Below the pieces are notes generated by a model. It was given only the letters and a program-made list of their open reading frames with translations, made no database searches and was not told the origin of the DNA. A program made the position numbers and the translations under genes. Below, in pieces: positions 36,970 to 51,312 of a stretch of 64,000 bases of DNA (its first letter is position 1; each line of letters begins with the position of its first letter). This stretch comes from Octopus sinensis (lineage: Eukaryota), in the NCBI RefSeq assembly GCF_006345805.1, contig NC_043005.1, positions 31,868,001-31,932,000 of the forward strand, written 5' to 3'.

Positions 36970-37014
<45 letters not shown>

Positions 37015-37587
37015 TGTGTGTGTGTGTGTATGTGTGTGTGTGTGTGCACGTGCGCTACGGGTCCACCACCATTTATCTCTTAAGACTCAGTTCCATGTAT
37101 GCAATTGCCATTTTCCTCTCCATCGTCCAAATTTCTCTCAACCCACCATTGTTTCCTAAAGTTCAGCTGAATCTGATGCAATTACTTTCGAGCCGAACGG
37201 ACGGGTTACAAATTTCGTTTCACAACCATGTTGTTCCGGTTTCAAACCCACCGAGCGGCACATGATTAAGTGACCTTGTTATGCTTTTTCCTCTCTCCGA
37301 CGTTTTTGTTGTTTTCTTAGACACGAAAAAAAACAGGTGGTTACAGGCAAAGGTAGGTTTGAAGGATTAGGAATGTATCTCGCAGCCATTTGGCTTCTCT
37401 GGCACCTTGAGCAAGTTCCTTCTACTGTACCTGTGGCTGACAGATGTGAGTTAATTAGAAAATGGGAAACAGCACAGAAGTCTATCTTAAATGTATATGT
37501 GTGCTTGTGCGTGTGTGTGTGTGTGTGTGTGTGCGTACGTGAGAGTACGTGTGTATACACACACAATCACATACGCAAATATCATAT

Positions 37588-37958
37588 ACTAGCAGTATCG
37601 CCCGGCGTTGCTCGGGTTTGTAAGGGAAATAACTATAAAGCATTTTTAGAGAGTTATAGCCAAAAAATAGAAAAAAATGGAAAAAAAATTATGAGAGTTA
37701 AAAAGGTCGAGTTGCGTCCCCTAGACAGTCTGTGGTTTGTGTTTCTGATTCTCGACCCCATGTCGAATTTATCGATTTTTTTCAGAACTGGGGGAACTTT
37801 TCAAAATTTTCGCTGCGTTAGTTTTGAATTATGACATTGGGCTATGTGTGTGTCAAGTTTCATCAGAATCGGTTGAAAGCCATGGTCAGGGTGAGGGTAC
37901 AACCTGACAGACACACAGACACACACACAGACAAACTGCCGTTTATATATAGAGAGAT
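37588..37958 (+). mobile_element. Non-autonomous Helitron/Helentron-like (HINE/DINE-1-like) element
   Basis: Starts ACTAGCAGTATCGCCCGGCGTTGCTCGGG (short hairpin), has an internal (ACAG/AC)n tract, and ends TTTATATATAGAGAGAT. Architecture resemblance only. Confidence 0.55.
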
Positions 37959-38380
37959 AACAATGCATGATAATATCAAAAATAGCAATGAATATTATTT
38001 GATGCAGTGATATAGAGTTGTGTGTTTCTTTTTCTAAACAATACGAGTTAATTTACTGAGTGGGCTATTGTTGTTTTACGACCAGAAGATAAACAGGGCC
38101 TAAGATCGAGATTGAAAAAACCAATAATAACCCACATAGCCGTTAACCTATATTGGTCAGAAATATAAATACATAATTCTACATTTCCCTTACGAATGCA
38201 ATGCATTTTTGGTATTTTTTTTATTATTTACTATTTATCAAACCTGATAGTATATGGGTGAGCATATGGTATGTATGTCCACGTATGTATGTATGTATGT
38301 ATGTATGTATGTATGTATGTATGTATGTATGTATGTATGTATGTATATAAATATTTGTGTGTGTGTGTATATAAATATTT

Positions 38381-38516
<136 letters not shown>

Positions 38517-38517
38517 T

Positions 38518-38625
<108 letters not shown>

Positions 38626-38825
38626 TGTATGTGTATTGTTCCAATGTGTACAGATAACAAGCAAAAAATATAGATAGTTACCAGGGTAGCAAAAAATATA
38701 GATAGTTACCAGGGTAGCAAAAATTCACATAAGTGCCAAAGATATTACAGCCTATTTATAAAGGTAGAAATTCCAGGGTTAAGTGAAATGTTTTGTATAA
38801 CATGAATAAATTAAGAAATGGAGTC

Positions 38826-38962
38826 AAGCGCAGGTGTTATTCAAATCATTTATACTTCCAGTACATGTTTCGAAGAACGCATTGAGCTTATTCCGGTGGG
38901 AATAAAAATGATGTAAAACAATGCGATCATCTCGTCAGGGGAAAAAGAGAAACGAAACACAT
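38826..38962 (-). mobile_element. Second copy of the Penelope-type hammerhead terminal repeat (family of 21797-21925)
   Basis: CTGACGA (38938-38932), stem II cgcattg/caatgcg, GAAAC (38871-38867). The cleavage region is altered. Confidence 0.65.
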
Positions 38963-39134
38963 CAGTAACCCATTTTAACAGGTAGGTTTGAAGGATTAGG
39001 AATAAGCTGAATAAAAATAAGTCTTGAAATATGGTGGTGACAAAATGTTTGAACTCTTAAATATATTAATTTGTCACTGTTGGAGAACTGAGAAAGTGCC
39101 TCAAGACCGGATTGATGCCATTTTAGCCTCCTTG

Positions 39135-40950
39135 TATAAATCGGGGCCAAAGGATCTGTGAAGTAATTTTCGTGGGATTTCGCTTTTGTCTGTGTTCGGA
39201 AAGGTACTTGCCTACATTTTGTTAGAATGTTTAAATACCTTCATAGTTCCAAATATAGTGTCTGAGTCTCAGTGTGGTTTTCGTTCCTCCAGGGGCACAA
39301 CTGATTGTATAACAAGAAAAGTGCATTGAACAGAATCTTGCTCTATACCATTGCTTTGTTGATTTGAGCAAAGCATTCGATACCGTTAATCGAAATGCTC
39401 TGTGGCTAATTCTAAGGAAAATAGGCTGTCCAGAAAACTTTGTAAACCTGATCAGGGCTTTGCATCAAAATATGAAAGCCAGAGTTAACTTTGGTGGGAG
39501 GCTCTCTGAATATTTTGCCGTGGAAAATAGAGTAAAGCAAGGAGACCTTGATGCACCCACTCCCTTTGCAATATACTTTGCAGTTGTGTTGTTGCATGCT
39601 TTTCAAAACTCTGAGGAGGGTATTTACATAAAATATCGAACAACAGGGAATGTTTTTAATCTGACCAGACTGTAATTCAAAACGATGGTTTTTACTTCAC
39701 TCATTAGGGAACTTTTATATGCTGACGATTGCGATATTATCAATCATTCTGAAACAGGTCTTCAATCTCTTGTGTCTGCATTTGACTTAGCTTGTGATGA
39801 TTTTGGCTTGACCATCGACTTAAAAAAAAAACAGTTGTAATACATCAACCTGCGTGTGGTGTTGTTTGTAACCCCACTAAAATTTTTGTTATGGGTAAGT
39901 TACTTGAGGTTGTCGATTCGTTCATCTACTTTGGAAGCTCTGTACAAAATGATGGAAAACTTGATACAGAAATACATCTGCGAATTCAAAGGGCAGCAAA
40001 AGCATTTGGTGGCTTGGAGTCACGCATTTGGTGCCAGCAACATATAAATAAGAATACAAAGCTGGCTCTTTACAAATCATTTGTCTTACGTTCCCTGTTG
40101 TATTCTTGTGAAACATGGACTTATGAAAGGCATTTTAAATTGTTAGAACAATTCCACCAAAATTGTCTTCATCGCATTTTAAACATAAAATGGAGTTCTT
40201 TTACTCCAAACACAGATGTCCATGCATCTGATGCCTGCAGATCACATCAATTAAAGCTATGATTTTGAGAAACCAAATGAGATAGTGTGGCCATATTGCT
40301 CGAATGGTGGATGAACGCATGCCGAAACAGCTGTTTTATGATGAGCATGTAGAGGGGAAGCACTACTGGCCCAAACCTTAAAAAAATGGTTTAAGGACGG
40401 CATAAGGACTACTATGAAATCACTTGGAACGGATCCAGAAGACATAGAAACCCTTGCTTCGGATAGAGCTGGATGGCGAACAAAAGTGTGGAATGGAATG
40501 AAAGCGTTTGAAGAGGCCAGGATAACGCATGTAAGACTCAAAAGAGATCTAAGGAAGAATGTTACGATCGAGAAGGTGAATGACAATGACCTTTTAGTGT
40601 GCACAGTTTGTGACAGACCATGCCTTTCCTTTGCTGGGCTCAAATCTCATTTGCGAACCCATGGAAAACAAACCTTCACCAACTATTCTGCCTATATGTC
40701 TGTGCACACTTTTGAATGCAGTGTATGCCAGAAGGCTTGCAAATCTAACGGAGTCCTCAAAGGACATTTTAAGATCCACAAAGATCGGAACTTATCTGCA
40801 GCTCTTGGTGGACCAAATCGGATGTGCAATGTATTTGGATGTCTGTTCAGAACATTGTCTGGTTTTAAAAAAACCATATCAGATGCAATGATCGTTCTAA
40901 AGAGTAGGTACAGGTGATCACACTCTGCATAAGGAGTAGACAACCACTAT
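39135..40950 (+). mobile_element. 5'-truncated RTE-clade non-LTR retrotransposon
   Basis: NFRGISLL, ESQCGFRSSRG, FVDLSKAFDTVNR, VKQG..AP..F, LLYADDC, F.YFGS, YSCETWT, and C-terminal C2H2 fingers. Frameshifted. Confidence 0.9.
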
Positions 40951-41665
40951 ATATGTATGTATTGTTACGAGTGTGTTTTCGTTTGGGCATGTAGATTTGA
41001 TCCTGGATCTATGGAAATCCCCTTTAAGTTACAACGGCATTTTTTCACAGAGCGACACTGACTGACACTAGTTACATTGAACACATGGCCTTGCCAAGTC
41101 GATTTATGTCTTTTCTACTTAACTCTGTTGACCTCCTCTATGCCACCAAAAGCTGGAAATAGATAAGAAACACCTGTAGCAGTTTCTCTCATTGTTCTCG
41201 GAGATATGACTCTCTTTCTCGCTGTTCTGCGATAATTGTAAATACTAAATCCCGCAAGGACAAGTTGTTTGGTGAAAGGAGTTGGTTAAAGAAGACGACT
41301 ATATTACAGCTTTCGCTGGCTCACATTTCAATGGCAAATGTCATTTTATCTTTCTCCGGGTAGGAGGGAGGAAGAGGAAAGGAGGGGAGGGAAAGGAGAG
41401 GAGGAAGAGGAGGAGGAGGAGGAGGAGGAGGAGGTAGAGAGGCGGAGGAGGCGGTAGTGATCTTGTTAGAGATGGCAGTGATGATGCTACTAGTGGTGAT
41501 GCTGGTGGTGATGGTGATGATAATGCTGATAATGCTAATCAATTAGCTCTCTCCCCTTAAATTGAAGGACATGATTATTATTTTGATGAAGCATAAATGA
41601 AATTTATATATTATAAAGAATGTCATGAAAAGAATCGGTCTTATAACTTATAGTTCTGTGGGGAG

Positions 41666-44021
41666 TTGCTAAATTCAGATACATTACTTGGCACCCAGGA
41701 ACATTTGTCAGTAACATTTAGTACCAGTGGTGCCCAGAAATATTTTTTAGTAACTCCAACTACCAGGAGTACTCAAGAACCTTCGTCAGTAACTCCAACT
41801 ATCAGTGGCATCCAGGAACATTTGTCAGTAACTCCAAGGACTGATTTCATTGTCAAGACTGATGTAGGTTTATGGACCACATTGAGCAATGAAGAAATTC
41901 CATACCGGATTGAGAAAGGCCTTTTGGAATGTCAGCACTGGGGTGGGCCTTTTACAAAAGCAAACCTACAAAAACCAAACTCGTTCATGCTCAAGAAGTT
42001 TATTCTTCTCCACTAAAATAAATAGAGAAACCTACCTTTGGGAATGGCTAGTATATTACCCAACAAAAGGGAAAGTCTACTGTTTTGTGTGCAAATTTTT
42101 CTCAAAATTCTCTGAGAACGTTTCTTCAACCACAACTCTAGCTTCTTCAGGATTTGATAACTGGTCATAGCCTCAAATTAAGACCCATGAAAATTCAAAA
42201 CGTCATATGGCCTACTTAACAAGAAAACGTGGTCAGACGCTTACAACAAAGCTTGATGAGCAAATCAAAGTAGAACATGACTACTGGAAGCGTGCACTTC
42301 AGCAGGTGATGGTAGTGATTCACTTGTTGACAGAACGTGGATTGTCTTTTAGAAATGATGCTCACCAAACAACGGAAACTTTCTCAGTTTGCTGGAATTG
42401 ATTGCCAAATTTGATCCCTTCTTATGTACCCACATAAATCAGTATGGAAATGAAAGCCATCCATCATACCTATTCAAAACCATATGTGAAGAAGTTATCA
42501 AGCTAATGGCTAAAATAGTTCTTGAAGAAATAGTGAAAGAAATCAAAGAAGCAGACTTTTTTAGTGTATCGGTCGATTCAACGCTTGATGTTTCCAATGT
42601 TGATCAACTCACTGTAATTGTTAGACATGTTTCTTCCCTTGATGGAATACAAGTTGAACGGTTTTTGACATTTATTGAACTGAAGAATCACACAGGTGAA
42701 AAAATGGTTGAATTGATACTGAACTTCTTTGAAGATCTTGAAATTGATTTCAGAAACTGCAGGGGTCAATCATATGACAATGCAGCTAATATAGCTGGAA
42801 AGGATAATATAATGGAGTTCAACAGAAAATTCTGGAAAAGAATAAGTTAGCAAAATTTATTCCCTGAGCTGAACATTACCTAAATCTGGTTGGAGAGCTG
42901 CAGTTGACTCTTACCCTGATACAGTGAATTTCTTTGGCGTTGCCAATGAACTTTAATTGCTTTTTCTCAGCATCTACAAGACTGTGGGCAATGCTGAAAA
43001 ACTTCTTTCTACCAGTGTCAAAAGCTCCGCAACAGTTATCTAGCACAAGATGGGAGACCCATGCGAAGAGCTACGACAGTATCAGTGCAAGTTACGCACA
43101 CATTGTTGAAGCTCTCAGTCACGTCCATGATAACGACACTGAAAATAGTGACACTAGACGACAAGCTCAAAATCTTTTGCAGAAAAATGGAAGAATTTTA
43201 ATTTGTGCCCATGCTTCATCTATGGACACATTGGCTTGAGTAGTTACACAAAGTAATGCCCTTCAAAGTACACAGATTTCATTGACCACGTGTGCAAACC
43301 AATACGGTTCACATCTGCAATTTGTTTCCAGCATACGGGGAAACTTTGATGAGATTGAGGAGCAAGCAAAAACTATTCTACCTGGCGTAGAGTACAGAAG
43401 TCTCTAAAGAAGGCATAGAAAACGAAAACACAGTGATGGCAGTGCAACTAAAGCTTTGGATAAAATTCTTCAACGAGATAATTTTAGGATACATTCATTT
43501 ATTCATATAACTGATGCTCTTCACTCAAATTTAGACAGAAGAGCTATTGTGTATTTGAGTACTGCTGGCAATTTTTCGCTTTTTAATTGATCTTCAAGTG
43601 ACGAGGGAGCAAATTCTCCATTATGTCAAGAAACTATAACAAGAATACCCAAAGAATGTTGATCTCAGTCTTGTTGATGAATTCTTGGCTTTCCACTTGT
43701 GTGTCAAACAGGCTCATGCAGAAAAAAAAGTTTCCGCCACCAAGACGTTTACAAAATAATAAAACAGGAGAAAATTCAGAAACTTTCCCAAATGTGGAAA
43801 CAATTTTCAGATTGTTCCCGTGTTTGATGGTCACTAACTGTTCTGGAGAGAGATCATTTTCTAGACTGAAAAGGATCAAAAGTGACCTTCGTTCAACAAT
43901 GTCACAAGAGAGGCTGTCTGGTCTGAGTATTCTCTGTATAGAGAATGATAAACTGCGACTTATTGATTTTGAGGAAATCATTGATGAGTTTGCAGTCAGG
44001 AAATCTCGAAGGATGTTCTGA
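41666..44021 (+). mobile_element. Decayed hAT transposase (ZMYM1-like: TTF-type zinc finger, DUF4371-like region, dimerisation domain)
   Basis: WLVY..KVYCFVCK..GFDNW, RGLSFR, FFSVSVDST.DVS..DQL, CRGQSYDNAAN, LSSTRW, FPNVE..VTNCSGERSFSRLKRIKSDLRSTMSQERLSGL. Termini not found. Confidence 0.85.
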
Positions 44022-44693
44022 CATTAAATAGCCTGCTGTAAATATATAATGACCGTCCTGTCTGTTCAATTTTTATCAACTTTGACTACTTCATCATGTG
44101 ACCTGTGTAAGTCAGTGTTAGGCGGGCTAGGGCTTTGGTTAATAGTTTCAAGTTTATTGCAGTGTTCATCTCTGACCTATAGTCTTGACAGTCTAAACCT
44201 GAATTTATCATAAATCCCCCCAAAAACATTCTCTGAGCCCTGATAGTTCAAAAATTTAACTGATTTGTTTTAAAAAATAATGATTAATCTGGTAACAGGT
44301 AATATTTTAACTGCCCCTAAATTTCCTGAGCATGTCTGCCTGACTGACCAAGTAAAGGGCTTCATAACTTAACTAGCATAGGGCCTCATTTCTTCTAAAT
44401 CCAGCACCGAATGCACTGGTGTGTATTCCTGTAAATTGGAATAGAAGCTTTTAGAGAGAAAGACTGAAGAGATTACGAGTAGAATTATGCGACTAAATAA
44501 TCTGTGGAACTCATTTGAAATGTAACAGAATCTATCGACCAGAGTTTTGGTTTGTTTGTTTTTTTGTTGGTTTTTTTGTCGTTGTTGTTGTTTATTTTGT
44601 TTTGTTTTGTTTTTTGGCGAGTTGGGTTTCTTTCTGATGGATAAAGACAAATTATATTATGTTTTAGCTGGAGATTTTTAACCGATTTTCATT

Positions 44694-44884
44694 ATGGTCC
44701 GAAAAATTTGCGTATTAGGAGCTGGAGTTATTGGTCTCTACTCAGCTGTACGAATTCTTGAAGACTTACAAAATGTTGATGTTACAATTATTGCTGAAAA
44801 ATTTACTCCGAACAACACAACCGACGTGGCTGCTGGCTTCTGGAGACCCTATAAAATGGGCTCCACAAACCCGTCCCTAATCAG
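44694..44884 (+). CDS. DAO: D-amino-acid oxidase/D-aspartate oxidase family, coding exon 1
   Basis: [14 protein letters not shown] (FAD-binding GxGxxG)..[18 protein letters not shown]; donor AG|GTAAGT, phase 2. A likely acceptor ttttag| lies at 44667, implying an upstream non-coding exon. The symbol is tentative (DAO versus DDO). Confidence 0.9.
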
Positions 44885-46174
44885 GTAAGTTGAAACGATT
44901 TCTCTATTTTTTTCTTTTTGCCTGTGTAAATGTAATTCAGTTTAAAGGATGAATGCTGCATATTTGAAGAATATATGGCCGAATTGAAAACCTAAAATAG
45001 CAGGTGAATGTGGAAATCTTCTGAGTCATGACCTGTTATAGGCAGCTTCTTTATATTTTATCAAGACAATTAATACTACTAGCTTCTGATCACCTCGCTA
45101 AATTGTAGTTGGTATTTCTATGTAAAAACTGGTACCATTCGTTTAAATAAAAGTAGAGAAACTAGTTAGATTGGCTGTTACTACCGGAATATTGTTTGTT
45201 TGTTTAAAAGTTACTACCGGTAGGACTAGACTTTGTGCGAGTAAAATCTGTCCCTCCTCATCAGCGTAATGTTAGAGACACTAGAGTGGTTCGAAGAAGG
45301 GACCACTTTCTGTTCAAGTCATGTACAACATGAGAAATAAGCAAATTTTATGTTAGTTCAAATATGTTTGTGACATATTTTAACTTCTAAAGGCAGTTTC
45401 ACTACAGCTTAACATACAGAAAATATTCTTGCATATGGTAAAAGATGTAAAAACGCCTTATCTGTTTATTTCTCATCACTGCTTAGAGCTGCTACTACAA
45501 TATGAGGAAGGCTAAGGAGCCAGAAATGCGTCTATCAGTCCGATAGAGTGTGACATTGAACAGATAAGGTGTCTTTACATCTTTTACCATAGGTGATCAT
45601 TTTCTTTCACTCCACGATAACAGCAGAGAAATTACCTTAGAAGTTAAAATATGTCACATATTTAAACTAACAAAAAGTTTGTTTATTTCTTATCATAGAC
45701 ATTTTAACTATGAAATGCAATGCTTTATTTCGTCTACTTAATTACTAAGAAGGCCAATCGGAAGGATTCTTGGATTATTCAGATCAAGCGAAGAAGAAAC
45801 CCTACTGTTTCTGTACATAACGTCTGTTCTCATCTGTCTGAACATTCACTCTCAGTTATGGTCGCCATATTAAATCAATGGAAGAATAAAGACAATACAA
45901 TGGTTAACTCAAAGAAAACAGCCTCAATGCAACAGCTGCGCTGCTGAGAGAGAAGTAGATGAAGCTAAGATTCTACTCGTCGGAGCAAAAAAAATCGATT
46001 AAAATAAATATGATTCTTAGTTGATTTCAACTCAGGTGAAAAGAAAAATAATTTTAAATTGGCATACAGATTAATGGATTTGCAAATGACTATATATGTA
46101 TGTATGTTACTATATATAAGAGTGTATACATATATTTACATATGTGTGTTGGGGTGTGTGCGAATATATATATA

Positions 46175-46227
<53 letters not shown>

Positions 46228-46278
46228 ATATATATATTTATACATTTATTTATTTATTTATTTATTGATATATATATA

Positions 46279-46342
<64 letters not shown>

Positions 46343-46548
46343 AAACAAGCAACAAGGATATCCAGAGGTAATGCAGTACGATCGTTTCATGCAACTCCAT
46401 TTAATTGAACAATGCAATCATTATATCAATTTAAAATGTGGAGCAATTTTCAGCTGCACGAAGACATAGAATTTAATTAAGTTAGAACAGATAGACACAT
46501 TAGTATAATTATACCTAAAATCTCCACATTAGTATAATTACACCTAAA

Positions 46549-46631
46549 AAGTTAAGAAGATAGACAAAGAACATGTTGTCTCTACTTCTATGCTGAAGTA
46601 GAGACATGTTCTTTGTCTATCTCCTTAACTT
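46549..46631. other. 83-nt near-perfect hairpin in oxidase intron 1
   Basis: Arms 46549-46588 and 46595-46631 are complementary except for one mismatch and a 3-nt bulge; 6-nt loop. Confidence 0.85.
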
Positions 46632-47388
46632 CTTGGAAATGTTAGGCGACGAAAATATTTTGACAAATTAAATTTAAATGTTGAAGTGAATCTAACGGTT
46701 TTTGTGTGTTTCTTAAAAGGCTTATAAACACCTCCCACGCTGCAATTCTTATATGTATACATATATATATAATAGATCGTGAGGAGGAGAAGAAGGCGAC
46801 GTTTAGAGATCATTGCAGAGAGAAAAGGAAAGTAAAAGGTTGTTTTGGTAGGATAACTGACCTTAGTTTTGTTGTAAGTGGCTACTGTTTAAGTTTTTAG
46901 TATTGGAAATTATTGATCGGGGTTTTGTTATTGTTTGAGATTATTTGTGCTTGCTTGTTTGTAAACGCAGGTTAGATTTGTATACAAGCACGGATCAAAA
47001 GAGATCAAAGATAATGGTTCGTACTAAATTTAGCGGTCAAACATACCTTTGGTTATAAGGTCTGTTATTTAGGTTTAGCTCTGTATATATGTAAATATTG
47101 GTACATTAAAGTTTAATTATATATATATATGCGCGTATATATGCAGATGGGGAGACGTATACATACTTATTTGTGAAGTTGTATGAAAAATTTACCTATG
47201 CCACAAACAGTCACGTACTGGAAGCCAATGAAAACGAATAATCCTCAAAAGGTAAAGAAGTATGTTACTGGTTGGAGCATAGGTAAATTTTTCAAACAAC
47301 TTCACAAGTTAATATGCAAGTATGCTCACGTCTCTCCATCTGCATGTACATATACATACAAACACGTGCGTGCACACACACACATACT

Positions 47389-47424
<36 letters not shown>

Positions 47425-47452
47425 ACACACACACACACCACACACACACACC

Positions 47453-47510
<58 letters not shown>

Positions 47511-47979
47511 TAAAAGCTAATTACCAACATAACATGGCTGTCCATGAAGGGACGGTGTTCCTGTTCATTAGCCCCAAGAAACATCGTTTCAAGCAGGCTA
47601 TACGACACACTGTATCCTTATATTTTCGAACAGGGAATTCAGCATCCTCACCTAGCACAAAACATCTGTGGCCTAGTCTTAGAGCTATTGTCTTTCACCA
47701 ACACAGAGTAGGTGCTTGGCCAGGTGGCGCTGCTGAATTCAAGGTTCGAATATATAGATTTCAAAATGACACACAGCCACTGATCTATAAATAGAAATAC
47801 TATTATTTCTAAATCTCTCAGTAACAGTTCTTTAAAGTAAAAGCTTAGATTTAGAAACCATGTTTCCTGTGGTTAAAGAACAATAACAACGCCGCTTCCA
47901 GACAGCCATATTATGTTGGCAATTAGCTTTTACTTTAAAGAATTGTTGCTGATTGTCTCCCTCTGAGAAATTTAGAAAT

Positions 47980-48034
<55 letters not shown>

Positions 48035-48040
48035 GTATAC

Positions 48041-48213
<173 letters not shown>

Positions 48214-48228
48214 CGGAATGATCTTTGT

Positions 48229-49057
48229 GGTTACCGTCACTGCATGTCGAAATCTTAAAAAAATTTTCTAATGTATCATATAAATGTTGTTTTTGATGCT
48301 GAATCCGAATTTGCTATTCATTTATTCCAGGAGAAATTAGCGAAAATGTTACAGGTGTTCAAAGTTTGATGATTTTCAGAATTTTCATCCAATCAGAAAA
48401 CAGCGCGTTCACTGCCTCTTCCATCGTCTGTCGCAATAGCGAGAAAGTCGGGTGGGGAGGCACCGCCATGTTAAAACATTAAACTAGCTGCAGTAAACAG
48501 TGAAAATCATTAAAAGATTCACGAGAAAATTAAATTTTTAAAAGCTACGAGCAAACCAACAGGAGTTGCTAGAAACAACAGTCAAAACATTGCTTAAAAC
48601 AGACATTTATTATATATAAAAATTCAAGAACGGAAGTTTGGAATACACTCTAGGATTTTAAAAAATAAATTATCTTTCTCATATCTCCTTCACATAATTT
48701 CACAAAGATAAAAGTAAACCATGGAATGATATGTCCCACACTGGCGTTTGTTTCCACGCTTTAAAGATGCCCAGGTACTCTCAATTTGTTGAGTGTGAGT
48801 CCCATCTTTTAACTTTATAAGTTCAATGTTATGGTTCACAGTTTTATATGTGAAATCATAGCCCACAATTTCTGGTATATGATTATAAGCTCGCCACAGG
48901 TCACTGAAAATAGTGGTTCCTGAAAGAACTAAGTGTCGTATGCTGTCCTTGTTTACACTCCTTGTGCGCATGCACAGCATCTTTGGTTACTCTGGAATCA
49001 GCTATAGAACGTGTGGTGCTTCTTTGCTTACTATGCTAACAGAACTTCACGGTGATG
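48229..49057 (-). mobile_element. Merlin/IS1016-like (ISXO2 domain) DNA transposon remnant
   Basis: ORF 48690-48980 GTTIFSDLWRAY..TVNH..GTHTQQIESTW..YLCEIM. Ends are only weakly inverted, so boundaries are uncertain. Confidence 0.7.
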
Positions 49058-49299
49058 TGTAAAATACTCGCTTCTGATTCGCTAAAATACCCAAATTTTG
49101 AAAATTTTAAAGGTTAACTTTTTAATTATAAATTTACATGGAAAATGATTATCATTTTCCTAATTAGTATCCAAAATTTATTCCATATGCCAAATTTGAA
49201 AACAAATGGAACAAAATTGTAGACAAAGAACCTATCCAAATACTAACAGATATACGAGTGCATCTTTTTCCTTATGGTCTCTTAGACTACTCACGCATA

Positions 49300-49335
<36 letters not shown>

Positions 49336-49380
49336 TGTATGTATGTATGTATGTATGCATATATATGTATGTATGTATGC

Positions 49381-49415
<35 letters not shown>

Positions 49416-49882
49416 CGTATGTATGTATGTATGTATGTATGTATGTATGTATGTATGTATGTATGTTTGTATGTATGTATGTATGTATACATATATGTGA
49501 GTGTGTGTACAAGACGATACGGATTCCCTTCAGTACATTTCGTTAAATGTTAAATTAATAAAACCTAATCATTCCCAACATTTTTGATTATCTCCCTTAT
49601 ACCGAAAAAATCCCTGATTACTTACCTCCCCCTGTCTCGACTCTCCTACTTCACATCATAGGGAAGAGATGACACAATATCGGTAAAGAAATTTGATAAA
49701 TTTGAAAAGGAAATACGAAACCGGTTATTTCTCCAAAAACAATGTTACTATACACAAAATGTTCTAACATTTTTCTAACATAACGACTTAAATATACTCT
49801 TAAACATATACTTCTGTAGTTTTTTCACTCTATTTTGTCTTTTATACAGCCAACCACGTGCTTTCACATACTAACTCTATCA

Positions 49883-49949
<67 letters not shown>

Positions 49950-50177
49950 CCTAAGGATTCTCCACTCTAACCGTGTTCTCTACATATTCTGATCGAATCG
50001 CCCATGTGTTGACGTGTACCACCCTACGAAAATGCAAACTTCATTTAATAAAGATCCCTTTAGCCTGAAGAGTAGCCTGCAGTATACATCTCGCTTGGAT
50101 ATCTACCACTTCCGATGTTCCACTCGCTATGAAATATATATAGCCCAGATATCATCTACTCCATTCCTTAATTCTTG

Positions 50178-50208
<31 letters not shown>

Positions 50209-50285
50209 TGTGTGTGTGTGTGCGTGTGTGTGTTTGTGTGTGTGTGTGCGTGTGTGTGTGTGTTTGTGTGTGTGTTTGTTTGTGT

Positions 50286-50348
<63 letters not shown>

Positions 50349-50355
50349 TGGGTTA

Positions 50356-50771
50356 TACTCTTTACTCTTTTCTCTCTTTTACTTGTCTCAGTCATTTGAC
50401 TGCGGCCATGCTGGAGCACCGCCTTTAGTCGAGCAAATCGACCCCGGGACTTATTCTTTGTAAGCCCAGTACTTATTCTATCTGTCTCTTTTGCTAAGTG
50501 ACGGGGACGTAAACGCACCAGCATCGGTTGTCAAGCAATGCTAGGGGGACAGACACATACACACAAACACACACACACACACATATATATATAAATATAC
50601 ATATATACGACGGGCTTCTTTCAGTTTCCGTCTACCAAATCCACTCACAAGGCATTGGTCGGCCCGAGGCTATAGCAGAAGACACTTGCCCAAGATGCCA
50701 CGCAGTGGGACTGAACCCGCAACCATGTGGTTGGTTAGCAAGCTACTTACCACACAGCCACTCCTGCGCCT
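50356..50771 (-). mobile_element. Full-length SINE family S2 (intron 1)
   Basis: Minus strand ggcgcaggagtggctgtgtggtaag..ggttcagtccc..cttgggcaagtgtcttct..gactgagacaagtaaaagag tail. Confidence 0.9.
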
Positions 50772-50958
50772 ATATGTTCATATACAAACATTTTATATCT
50801 GCATATATATATATATGTTATATATGTGTGTGTGTGTGTGTTGTATGTTTGTATGTATGCGCGCGCGTGTGCGTGTATGTATGTGAATGCGTATGTGTGT
50901 ATGAGTGTATAATCATAATGTTTTGAGTCTAGTTGAGATTTTTTTTTTCTTTTATTAG

Positions 50959-51067
50959 ACGTTGGGGCGATGAAACATTCAAGTATCTACTCGACATTCA
51001 TGAATCACCAATGGCATCCAAGCTTGGTATCAACCTTGTCTCCGGTTATTGGCTTAATAGCTCAGAG
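50959..51067 (+). CDS. DAO: DAO/DDO-family coding exon 2 (109 nt)
   Basis: tttattag|A CGT TGG..GAG|gtaaaa; RWGDETFKYLLDIHESPMASKLGINLVSGYWLNSSE aligns by eye to DAO W..TFDYLL..SP..LGL.LISGY. Confidence 0.9.
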
Positions 51068-51159
51068 GTAAAAATACTTGTTCTCTTTGATCCATATTTC
51101 TAGAGAGGTGGTTCTATGAAAACCAGATGTAGTGAGGGAATATAGAAGAGAAAATATTC

Positions 51160-51312
51160 TTTTCTACTCTAGGCACAAGGCCTGAAATTTTTGTGGGGAG
51201 GGGTCCAGTCGATTAGATCGACCCAGTACGCAACTGGTACTTAATTTATCGACCCCGAAAAGATGAAAGGCAAAGTCAACCCCGGCGGAATTTGAAATCA
51301 GAACGTAAAGAC
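51160..51312 (-). mobile_element. SINE family S1 (intron 2)
   Basis: Reverse complement of the S1 body and tail. Confidence 0.85.

Noticed and set aside
37321-37445. Candidate plus-strand exon (ttttcttag..gat|gtgagt) upstream of the oxidase gene
   Set aside because: The open frame has no recognisable homology, and ggtaggtttgaaggattaggaat recurs at about 38982-39003, suggesting repeat origin. It cannot be excluded as a 5' UTR exon without RNA data.
41500-44400. TIRs and 8-bp TSD for the hAT element
   Set aside because: No convincing inverted termini were seen on either side.
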